The translations under genes were made by a program, and so were the position numbers. Positions 1-28,210 of a stretch of DNA of 64,000 bases are shown here, piece after piece; the stretch's first letter is position 1, and each line of letters starts with the position of its first letter. A model generated the notes under the pieces. The model was not told where the DNA came from. It worked only from the letters and a program-made list of their open reading frames with translations, and did no database searches. Origin of the DNA: the human T2T-CHM13v2.0 reference genome, Homo sapiens. The DNA lies in assembly GCF_009914755.1 (NCBI RefSeq), contig NC_060940.1; one strand, 5' to 3'.

Positions 1-139
1 TAAGTTAGATTTCTCCCATAGTTAGCTTGGACTATGTCCAGGGATGAGCAAAGATAGATAGCTTGTGAGGTTGGAAACAAGATGAAGTCAGCTATGTCAG
101 ATTTCCCTCAGTGTCATAATTTTTCCAAAGGCAGTTTCA
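1..139 (-). mobile_element. LTR8-family ERV1 LTR, 5' part (truncated by window edge)
   Basis: Reverse complement begins TGAAACTGCCTTTGGAAAAATTATGAC...ACTTCATCTTGTTTCCAACCTC, like the recalled LTR8 consensus start. Confidence 0.6.
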
Positions 140-330
140 AAGCCACAGAGGAGGGAAACTTGAAAATTATAAAAGAACCTAAAAGGATATCTATGTGCCT
201 GAAGTCCAGGCCATAAAAGAAAGTAGTGGCAATAGAATGAACATGTAGAGGTGGCCAGGTGCTAAATTGGCAGTGCCTTGTGGTCCATGGTAAGAGTTGT
301 GGACATTTATCCAGTGGTGAATGGGAAATG

Positions 331-402
331 ATTGATGGATTGAGTGACACTCAAACCATTGATGCATTGAGTGACACTCAAACCATTGATGCACTGAGTG
401 AC
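331..402. repeat. 27-bp tandem repeat, ~2.7 copies, with palindromic core
   Basis: ATTGATGCATTGAGTGACACTCAAACC units start at 331, 358 and 385. Confidence 0.9.
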
Positions 403-1364
403 ATGATCATCCTCTGTTTGGATGGTCATATTGGATGCTCAATAGGGAATGGGATGAAGAAGACAATAGTGGGGTTGGAAATCTCAGATAAGAGGTGAAG
501 CGATGGTGATGGCTTCAGTTTCGTTGAGGTAGTAGAGATGGAGATAAGTGGATTTAACAGGCAATTGGGGGGTGAACTAATAACAGGGTTATTCAAAGGA
601 GATGCGAGGGAGAGAGAGAGAAGTACAGACATTTCAGCAAGTGGGTGGATGGTGCTTTCTTTCACTGGAGTGAAGAACACAGATATAGAAAGAGGTATTA
701 GTGTGTTAGGAAAATATCACAAGTTCAATTTGGGCATGTTGAGTCCAGGATGTCCATGTGATGTTCAAGAAGTGATAACAAGTTGGATTTAAGGCTCTAA
801 AATTTGACATGGAGACAGAAATTTGAGAATCATCAACTTTTACATTAAAAGGATGAGAAGTACAGTGGTATCAAAAAGAACCCCAAGAAACTCCAGCAAC
901 CTCCTTCACAAACTGCCCTTTCCACCTCTGCTTGCACACAGCCTAATCCCAACTAAAAGCTCCAACCCACCTCATATTCTGGGGACAATGGGCTGAGCAT
1001 GAGAAAGCAATGGGTAAAGAGAAAGACATGAATGCAGCCAGGAATTAGAAACTATCAGAGGCGACCAAACCAATTGCAGGAACTTGGAAGCCTGTGGAAA
1101 GAGAGAACAAGCCAGAGAGAAAGGTGACATACTGAAATTATAGCCAGAAGGAAAGGAGAACCCAGAGGAAGAGATGTGTCTATTGTTCTGTGTCTGACTC
1201 AATTGGCCACCATGGTAGAGAAACATTTGAGGATATTTACAGGTATGCAGTGAGAATCCCAAAGTGTTGAGAGTGGGAAGAAAGTGAGCTAAGGTTAAAA
1301 GCTATTTAACAGGACAGGCATGTGGTTTAAGCTTCACAAAAAATGAAACCTGTGTAGTTATTCT

Positions 1365-1666
1365 GTTCTTTTCTTTCTTTCTTTTATTTTTTTGAGACGG
1401 AGTCTCCCTCTGTAGTCCAGGCTGGAGTTCAGTGGTGCAATTTTGGCTCACTGCCTCCCAGGTTCAAGCAATCCTCCTGCCTCAGCCTCCTGAGTAGCTG
1501 GGATTACAGGCGTGTGCCATCAAGCCCAGATAATTTTTGTATTTTTAGTAAAGCTGGGGTTTCGCCATGTTGGCCAGGCTGGTCTTGAACTCTTGACCTC
1601 TAATAATCCACCCTCCTTGGCCTCCCAAAATGCTAGGATTACAGGCATGAGCCACCATACCTGGCC
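1365..1666 (-). mobile_element. Alu (AluS-like)
   Basis: T-rich tail followed by gagacggagtct...gccaccatacctggcc. Confidence 0.92.
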
Positions 1667-2518
1667 CTAAGTCTAGTTATTCTACAGAATATTTTAAAAA
1701 TCAAAGGAGTCTCATTAAAATAGGAAACAAGAACAAGAATTTAGGAAAGTGATAATCATGGGGTATAAAACCTCATTTATGTGCAAGGAATAAGTCTAAT
1801 GTTTTAAGATAAATTGTACAGCATGCTAAACACAGCTAATAATTCAGTACTGTAAATTTCAGTATCATTAAGAGCAAAACTTTCTAATGTTCTCATCACA
1901 AAAAAATGTTAAATACTTGAGGTGATGGATATGTGAATTAGCTTAATTTAATCATCTCACATTGTCTTCAAAAATTATAATACCACTTTGTACCCAATAA
2001 ATATATACAACTATACTTTGTGTGTACATAGATATGTAAAACTGAAGGCACTCTCATCTAAGAAAAATGCATTTAATGTCCCAGGGATGAAATAAATTGC
2101 CAGGACCTAGAGCTATTGGTGTTTCAAGTCCATGGACAGTTCCAAGTGCCTTTCCTCATGATTCTTTAATTATCATATGAGAGTTTTGAATACAGCAAAC
2201 TCCTGTAGAAAATTTTTTTTGAGGGGTGAGAGTGGGTGAGGAGAATTGTATGTGTCTTAGACTATCAACAATGTGACATTAGCAATTCAATTTCTTTTCT
2301 TTGTCTCAGTAGGGCCCTTAAGACTCTGACAACCCAGGGAATCCTAGGTTTCATTCACTCCCTAGTCCTTAGTTCCCTTTTTTATTGACACTCTCTATTG
2401 GTCATTACTTCCTCATCCTCTCCTTCCCCACTTGCTCGCTGCTTGATGTTTATCTCAGGCTTCTCTAGGGACAAAGAAAATCATCCTTTCCAATTCTCTA
2501 AACTGTTGGCTTCTTTAG

Positions 2519-19683
<17,165 letters not shown>

Positions 19684-19844
19684 GACATCTAAGAGACATT
19701 CATTTGGATTCCCCTCTTCTTTCTCTTTCTTTTCCCTTTGGGCCCTTGGCCTTCCTATGATTATATGAGATTCTTTATGGAAGAACATGAATATAAGTTT
19801 TGTCTTGCCTTGGTTATTAGCACAAAACTTTACCATGTTAGATG

Positions 19845-20270
19845 TTGAAAGAAGAAAGGGAAGGAATGAGAGAGAGTGAAAAGGAGAGGGTAACAGAAAA
19901 AAAGGAAAGAAAAGTAAGTCAGGGAAATATTAAAACTGCAAGGGAAAGCAATTGAAAAAGAAATAAAGTAGGGAAAGAAGGAGAGAGGAAGCAAGGGAAG
20001 GAGGAAGAAAGGAAAGAGGAGATGAAAGGGGGAGAAAAGATAGAAGAAAAATAATTGAAGGGAGAATCAGAAAAATAAAGAGCAGAAAGGAAAGAAATAA
20101 AGAGAGAAAGAGAAAGAAGAAAGAGCAAAAGAACACAAGAAAGAAAGAGAGGGAGAAAGAGAGGGAGAAAGGGAGAGAAAAAAATTGTAAAAATAAAAAT
20201 AGTAAAAGAAACTGATAAAGAAAAGTAATGGAAGACAGGAAGAAAAGAAGAGAAGGAAGTAAAGAGGAAA
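19845..20270 (+). repeat. Purine-rich (G/A) low-complexity tract just downstream of the ACSM2A stop codon
   Basis: ~420 nt almost entirely A/G, containing several AATAAA hexamers. Confidence 0.9.
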
Positions 20271-21298
20271 ACTTATAAATATTCCCACAGATAGACAAAG
20301 TCAAGCATAAAACTGGAGCTTGAGAAGGAAATGAAAGGCCGTGGCACCTTCTTATACCCTAGAAGAAGACCTCCATACAGGAAGACTTGTGTGTGGGGTT
20401 GGGACATTAGAATCATCCACAAGTCACCCCAAACCTTGGAACTGTCAGGGTCAGAGGGGAACCACCATTTATTAAGCATTTGCCATGTGCCAGGCACTAA
20501 CCCAGATGCATTATAAATACCACGTTGTTTCACCTGTGTGTGGCATCTACAGACCTTAGATCATAGCTGTGAGAACAACGTAAGCACTGCCAAAGTTATC
20601 AGCTACCCATATCTCATGTTTTTGATGTTATCTACTCTTCCTAGAATCAAATATTAAAATAATTTTAAAACCAAGATCCTGACAATAGTCTTTGGGAAAA
20701 ACAAAGAAAGGCAGGGATGAGGTAAGTGTACGCTTCCAAAAGCTTGTGAGTTGGGGAATCCATGAAGAGAGACTGGGGAGGTGGTTTTGTTGAAAGAACA
20801 ACCAGCACCTCAATTCCTGGGGCTTCTGGGACACCAGATCTATGGTCCAGGAGATGGAGAGAGGTGAGCACTATGAGGATTTCACCTACAACCCAGAGAT
20901 GGAGGATGAATGTTCCTAGCAATTTCAAGTAAGTAGGAGAAGAAAGCAAAGGTTCTCTGAGAGCCCATGACTCTTCTTAAGAAGACTTAGTAATAATAAC
21001 AACAATAGTAATAATAATATTGATCATTCATCAAGCACTTGCCAAGAGTCAGGTGCTGAGCAACTGACAAAGCAAACGCCCATATTAATCCTACTTAAGG
21101 TTCACAATTACCCTTTGGTTCAGGCACTATTATTTTTTCCATTTTCCAAAGGAGCAAATTAAGACTCAGAGATATTAAATGACAGAGCCGGGTTCTAACA
21201 CAGGCCAAGCTGCATGCAACACCTATGCTTTCAGTTTCTATACTCCATCAATTTGCTTGTCTTGGCTTCTGGACCTTCACAAAGCCACTCTCTCAGTC

Positions 21299-21488
21299 TG
21301 TACTTGTTAGGGTCCTCCAGAGAAATAGAACCAATATATACATATATGTACTCCGCAACTTAGGATGGGGTTACATCCCGATAAATGTATCACAATGTCA
21401 AAAAAATTGTAAGTTGAACCATTATAAGTCAAGAATCCTCTGTACACACACACACACACACACACATACAGAGAATGAGAGAGAGAGC

Positions 21489-21526
<38 letters not shown>

Positions 21527-21929
21527 TTGGCTCAAAGAATTATGTAGTTTGAGAATTCCCAAGATCTACAGCTTGGAAGCTGAAGACCCAGGAAAGCCAA
21601 TGTGTATATCCAGTCTTAGTCTGAAGACCTGAGAACCAGAAGAACCAATGGTGTAAGTCCCAGTCTGAGGGCAGCAGAAGACCAATGTTCCAGCTCAAGA
21701 AGTCAGGCAGGAGGATTTCCCTTTTACTCAGCCTTTCTGTTCTACCTAGGTCTCTAATTGCTTGGATGAGCACCCCACCCCCACACTAGGGAGGGCAATA
21801 TTCTTTATACAGTCTGATTCAAATATTAATCTCATCCAGAAATATAGACATACCCAGAATAATGTTTGGCCAAAAGTCTGAGATCCCCGTGGCCCAGTCA
21901 ACTTGACACATAAAGTTAACCATCACACA
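21299..21929. mobile_element. MLT2-type ERVL LTR containing a (CA)n(GA)n microsatellite (21444-21525)
   Basis: tgtacttgttagggtcctccagagaaatagaacc...ttgacacataaagttaaccatcaca. Confidence 0.75.
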
Positions 21930-24424
21930 GTCGTCTTACAAAATATACACTGGAAGGCAGATATACTGTGATATGCTCCCCCTATAGTTCACTGAAATAC
22001 AGCAGATATTTGTTGCCCATAGCAGAGAAATGCAATCTGCTAATCAAATACAAAACTTTGTTTTTCTCAATCTGAATTTATCAGTGTTTGAGGGAGTCTC
22101 ATTTAACTGAAAGCTTCCAAGAATTTAAAATGAGGCAGATTGCTCATTCTGACACTTGGATTCATGTTTAGTTTTCTCTGTCCACTGCATGCTTGCATAG
22201 GCAGCAAGAGGTCTCACCATCACTCTTCATGCTGGATGATGATCTGCTGATAAGGCCTCACATTTCATCCCCATTTTCCCAGTGTCAATAGCCCCTCAAT
22301 CTCCCAACCTTAAGAGATGTGAAAAAGAATTATACTTTATAGATGCCTCTGTGGACAGCAAGGAAGAAAGGGGTATACCCAGCTGGGAGATCTTGGTGCT
22401 GCCTTAGAAACACCTGATGTGGCTTCATGAGGTGACTTCTGTTTTGGAGGTGAAGTGGAAGACAGCAGCAGTGGAAAATGATGATGGGTAGAGATATGTA
22501 GGGCCAATGAGTTGGAGACATTTTAGAGTATGCCATAACTGAGAAACTATGGATATAGAGGGAAACTAACCAATTTTTAAAGGAAGATTTCCAATTAAAA
22601 TCAGTGTGAACACCCAACCCATTACCATGTTGTCTAAATAAACTTCACTGGTTTCTGTTTTAGCAAACATTATTGAGTTTTGAGGATTTGAACTCTAGTT
22701 TCTACGACTGCCAAATTATGCAAAGACTAGACTACATAGGCTCCTAGTATTTATTGGGATTATACATTGGTGAGCATATCATGTGAGGATCACATAAAGG
22801 TGTCGTTAGTAAGAATGGAAACTTCTAAGTAAGCAAGTGAGATTTGGGAGTAAATCCTGGCCCATCGTCTGTCATAAATGTTGTCTTAAATAAGCTTCAT
22901 TAAGTTGCAAGATGTATAAACCTATTCAGACTAGCAAAAAGTATTCTATTTCAAGGACCCGTGGATAATTTCACAGGATTGAGGAATATGGCAATCAACC
23001 AGCTCTCATAAGGGCATAACCAGCTACTTGTTAGAAAACCAAAAAAAAAAAAAAAAAAAGCAAAAACAAACAAACAAAAAACCATCAGGAGCCCAGGAAG
23101 CCACTCTATCCAGCTCCGTGGGAACAGATTACAATGTATCTATCTCTTTTTCCCCTTCAACTATGTGTATCCTTTTTTTTCCTTGTAAGTATTGAGACTA
23201 ATGTCATAAAGTGGCTTCTCCCACCCTCTGGCTTCATCACCCTCCAGCTTCAGTGCCACTACCTAAATTCCAGAGAGAATGAATCTGATTGATCCAGCTC
23301 ATGTGAGTTGCCCACATGTACTCTGATTATCACAGAGTACAAATATGGCTACAGGGGCCCAATTTCTTTGGACTGGGAAAAACTTTCAGAGAAAAGGGAC
23401 AAAGGGTGGCATGAGACACCTCCTAATTTGACTACCCATTTAGACACAAACTAGCAAGTTTTTGCAAAGATTGAGCCTACCTTCCAACATTCCTCAATGC
23501 CTCTTTCCTCCTTCTTGCTAAAAGCCTTTCTCTCCATATATAGACCTTCTGCCCATTCAGTCTCATTGAAATCTTGATAAAGGCTGAGACTTCAGCTGAC
23601 TGTTCCCAGGACCCTGTCTAATGAGACCCCAGTTGCTGGAGAAAATATCTGTCTAGTCAGGCTCTCTCTCACTGTGAAAGGCACTGAGAGGATTTAATTC
23701 GTAGAGTGATTAGAATCTGATTTCCTAGATACTAATTATCTGCGTGCCATGCCCCTTGAAGGAGGTTTCCTGCTAACTCTGGCTGTCTTTCCTTTTAACC
23801 TATGGCCTGCTATTTTTATCTGTACTGAGAATATATTTTTGATCACATCTCCTTACTCACCACCCAATCCATGAGTTCATTAACTTCTCCAGGCTCAGGG
23901 ATGATTGATGATGGAAACACATCACTTTTAAAGGAAAGCTATACCCTACCCACAGTATAAAATCTGCCTCCCTTCCCTCCTCACCCCCAACTTTAATCTC
24001 CTTCTGCCTATGACTTTGACAAAGCAATCGTAATATTCAACCTGTATCTTTCACAAAGACTGGTTTGCTATGACTACTATGAAATCACCAACTCGCCTTT
24101 CTCAGGATGAGGCAAAGCTAGACCACTTTATCCTTTCTGCTCATTTTCTGGTCTTTACTTCCAAACAATATCTTTTGAGTCGCTCTGAAAACATAGACTC
24201 ATCCACACCTACATACACACATATATCCACCTATTCTGATCACACAGTGCTGTACAACAAGTTACACTAAAATATGGCAGTTTAAAATAACCACTTCTTT
24301 ATGTTCACAAATTCTGTGGGTAAAGAATATGGAAGGGGAATAGTGGAAATGGTTTCATTCTGCTCCAAGGTCTAGGGCCCCTGCTGGGAGGACTTGAAAC
24401 CTGTGGTGACTTGATGGCCTAAGG

Positions 24425-24603
24425 CAGTGCCTTTCCCTCAAATTCATATGTTGAAGCCCTGACCTCCAGTGTGATGAAATTTGGGGATGGGACCTTTGGA
24501 AGGTGGGATAGAATGAGGTCATGAGGCTAGGTCCCTCATGATGGCATTGTGGCTTTATAAGAAGGAGAGAGAGAAAGAGATGATCCTCTCTTCACCATGT
24601 GAC
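24425..24603 (+). mobile_element. MLT1A-type LTR, left half, interrupted by the ERV
   Basis: aaattcatatgttgaagccctgacctccagtgtgatg...ccatgtgac; continues at ~32993. Confidence 0.7.
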
Positions 24604-26085
24604 TGATGGCAGCGGCAGGCGGTCTGGGGCGGTTGCTGCTGCTACTACTGCACCGGCTGCAGTGGGGAGGTGCCAGCAGTGGTGGCAGGGGCAGCTGCGG
24701 GAGCAGCCGTGGCAGCAGGGGGACCCTTGTACCTCATGTCTCCTGTGCCGCGTCCCCAAGGCAGCCGACTGCACTGCCCTCACCCTTGCATGGCTGGGCA
24801 AGACCCACCCTAGGCCTGGAGCCTACACAGCTCCGGACCCTGGCCCCGTGTCGCCTTTCTCGCCTTTTGCCACTGCAGGGAGGCTGTGCGGAGGAGGCAG
24901 ACAGTCCCCGAGCGGACCCTTTGGAGCTCCCCAGAGCCCGTCGCCCTGGGGGCTGCTGCAATGGGTCCGAGTCGAGTTGGAGGGGAAGCAGAGAACTCGG
25001 GCAGAGAGGGGCCCCAAGGTGGAGCTGCGACCGGGGCGGTGCCACGCTTGCACATGGGGCCTGGGCGCTGGGCCAGGGGCCTAGGGCTGGGGTCGTGGTT
25101 CAGGGGCCCAGGGCAGGAAATGGGAGTGGTGCCGGCTTCGGGGACTCAGCCAGCAGTGCGGCTGCCCCGCCCACCCCACCGAGGGCCCTAGGTTCCTGAA
25201 CCTAGGGAGGAGGCTGTAAGTGGGGCCACCAGGGGCAGTGTCCCTGGGGTCAACTGTGCATCAGGGGGACCGCCAAGCCTGACACTCCCAACGGCCAGGC
25301 CTGGGAACCAGCGATCCACTCCCAGAGGCGTCCCCGCAGGCAGGGCCACTTAAGGGGGAACCACGGGCAATCCCTGAGCACTGGGGCCACTGGAGGGGCT
25401 CACGGCGACATTACCCCTGCCCTGGACACCAGCCCAGGCCCAGCAAGAACCTGGAGCCCCGGCCCAGGCTGCGAGGAGGCGCGACCCAGGCTAGACGATC
25501 CACAGAGCTGGTGGAAGCCAGGGACAAGCAGGAACCCTGTCCCTTCTGAGTTGGTGGGGTGGGAGCCACCTCCCCATCTCGTGCAACTGCAGCTGACCTG
25601 CCGGGGCTTCTGAGCCAGAAGTCTCTTCACTCCGCACCCTCGGGGGCCTGGGAAGATCTCCCTTCCTCCACAGGCTTGGGGGTGTCTGCCCTCGTTGCCT
25701 GGCCTCTCCCGGGCCTGGGAAGATCTCCCTTCCTCCACAGGCTTGGGGGTGTCTGCCCTCGTTGCCTGGCCTCTCCCCATCCCAGTGCCCACAAAGTTGG
25801 GGCTGAGCCTGGGCACTGTTTTCGCACGCTTGGGGCAGCACTGACACTCCAGTCCCCTACCACCTCAGCACCCTGTGGCCTTTGGGCCCCAACGAACTTG
25901 GTGGGGGGAAGGCCGAGACTAGGGCTGAGGGCAGCTTGCCACTGGTCTGCAGGTGCCCCTTGGTGCTAGCCAAGGTGCCCATTTGAGCCTGGCGCCCATG
26001 CCAGCACCTGGAGCTGTCCGCCCTGCTGCAGCAGGGGCACAAAAGATTCCTGCCAGAATAGCAACACCCCCAAGATCTTGTAACA
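24604..26085 (+). mobile_element. MER52-type 5' LTR (GC-rich, CpG-rich)
   Basis: Starts TGATGGCAGCGGC and ends ...AGATCTTGTAACA, immediately followed by a PBS. Confidence 0.8.
25644..25777 (+). repeat. Perfect 67-bp tandem duplication, left arm only
   Basis: gggcctgggaagatctccc...ggcctctccc occurs twice; single copy in the mirror arm near 63814-63880. Confidence 0.95.
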
Positions 26086-26087
26086 TT

Positions 26088-26106
26088 TGGGGGGCTTGTC
26101 TGGAAT
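26088..26106 (+). other. Retroviral primer-binding site, tRNA-Pro type
   Basis: TGGGGG(G)CTTGTCTGGAAT versus canonical TGGGGGCTCGTCCGGGAT; the substitutions are transitions. Confidence 0.8.
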
Positions 26107-26739
26107 CCGCAGAAGGGTGAGTAAAAATGGATCTGTTCTTTCCATCCTTTCTTGGAGTCCCTAAATGCCACAATAATGAAGATGAAAGAAAAATACTGGG
26201 TCTCAGTCAGTTAAAAGTGCCTAGTGTGGCTGCCAGACTTACAACACGGAGGACAGGCTTGCTGGGGAGGATGCTGTCAATCCCCCATCATCCTCAGATG
26301 TTGGGAATGTTGGCTTTGTTCCAATCCAGTTTCCCTTCATGGCGGTCTAGCCCTCAGGTGGGACCGGAAGGAGGTCCTGGGTCAACTGAGGGTATCTGGC
26401 CGAGGCTACACCTGTGTTATCCAAAGGCCCATGGACCTGGTCCCTGACCACCTGTTAAGGTGTCCAGTCTTTTCTATTGTTTTTTCTTTCATGATTGTCA
26501 TAGTTCGTATCTCTTCTTTATGTACAATGTTAAATGTTAAGCATGTTGCAAACCACAGAGATAATATTACTGGGTAGAATGAGCATTTGGCTTAGTGGTC
26601 AAACGTATAAAATTGAAGGCTAAGATTAGCACAGATGAAACAAAATGTGCCTTAGTATCTGTACGTAAATTTGTGGCAGAAATGTTCTTGTCATTTCCTT
26701 CATTGCCAACTTAGTGCCAAGCACCCGAGACACAGAAAA

Positions 26740-28210
26740 GAAGTATGGCCTCACGAGGGAAGCATTAATTTCAATACCATCCTACAGCTGGTCCTTTTCT
26801 GTAAACACAGGGACAAATGTTCTGAGGTCCCATATATGCAGGCCTTCTTTGCTTTGCAGGATAATCTGGACCTTGGCCAACATTGTAGTATTGATTCAAC
26901 TCTCCTAGTGGCCACCTTGGGAGAGGCTGGAAGGGTCAATCCCAGGGAACTAGGAAAGCAAACCTCAGAGGTACCTCCCACAGGGGAATCAATTCCCTTT
27001 GCTCCTCCCTATCTGGGTTGTCTCTCAATCTTGACTTAGCCTAGAAATTTTGGTTTTAGGCAAGATCCAATCTCAACTGTCCCCATAACACATGCCTGGT
27101 GAATATGGCCCCATTAAGTTCCAGGTCCCCTTTTCTTTTCAGGACTTAGGGCAAATTAAAAGGGATCTTGACAAGTATTCAGAAGGCCCTGACAGGTATA
27201 TAGAGACTTTCCAAGTATTTGAACTCTTCTGGAAGGATGTCATATTACTTTTAAATCAAACCCTGACTACCGTTGAAAAGCAGGCCACCCTGCAAGCAGC
27301 AGGCAATTTGGGGGATGAGCTTTCTATCTCATATTGGGCCAGGGAAGGGAATGAGTCTTATCTGATTGGAAGAATAGCAATATCATTGGAGGACTCTAAA
27401 TGGGACCCCAATGATGAAATAGGAGAGTGGAAGAGGAAACATTTTCAGATGTGGATACTGGAGAGCTTATGAAGGACTAGGACTAAGCCTCTCAATTACA
27501 CCAAGCTATCCGTGGTGGATATCCAGGGATTAGATGAGAATCCCACTGCCATCATGGGAAGGCTAAGAAGGGGCTTGGTAAAATACACCTCTCTATCTCC
27601 CAATTTAGTAGAGGGACAGCTGGTCCCAGGGGATGAATTTATTACACAGGTGGCCCCTGAAGTCAGGAGGGGGCTGCAGAAATGGGCTGCGGGACCAGAT
27701 GGTACTTTTGAGGGCCTCCTGGGAGTGGCCACCTCCATCTTTTGCAGTAGGAATTGGGAGGAAGTCCAGAAAAGAGAGGAGAGTTACAGGAAAAAGGCAG
27801 AGGTTCTAAGAGCGGTCTTGTGGGCTCATGGACTCCAGAGTCCCTGAGATGCACCTGCTGACTGCTGCAAATATGGTAGCCTAGGGCACTTTAGGACAGC
27901 AGGGGGAAGCCACTTTGACCCTGTCAAGTTTGCAGTGAGGACCATTGGAAAGCGAACTGTCCCCAGAGATGTGGGTCACTGGGTCCAGGGCCAGTATTCC
28001 AAATGGTGCAGTAGTACTGATGGGTCCCAGGGTTCCTCTCCCCAGCTCTGGTAGTTCAGAAGGCCAGTGCCACCCAGGAGCCCCAGGTGATTCTAGGGGT
28101 CAAAGGAAAGAGGGTGGACCTCCTCCTGGACTCTGGAGTGGGCCTTTCAGTTCTCCTCTCCAATCTAGGACCCCCTCCTTTCTTGGCACAACCATGAGGG
28201 GCATCAGGTC
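26740..28210 (+). pseudogene. Degenerate ERV1 gag (MA/CA/NC) plus N-terminal protease remnant, HERV-W/ERV9/H-like
   Basis: WPHEGSINFNTILQL..SEVPYMQAFF; VPFSFQDLGQIKRDLDKYSEGPDRYI; MHR QGLDENPTAIMGRLRRGL; knuckle CQVCSEDHWKANC (27922-27960); protease LLLDSG (Asp at 28129); stops and frameshifts present. Confidence 0.85.

Noticed and set aside
331-402. CRISPR-like array of palindromic repeats
   Set aside because: Units are directly adjacent with no unique spacers; mammalian context; no cas genes
19919-20304. Hydrophobic F/L/S-rich minus-strand ORFs resembling membrane proteins
   Set aside because: Translation of the polypyrimidine low-complexity strand
24592-26173. Many overlapping ORFs of 70-197 aa
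   Set aside because: All lie in the GC-rich LTR where stop codons are rare; no domain signal
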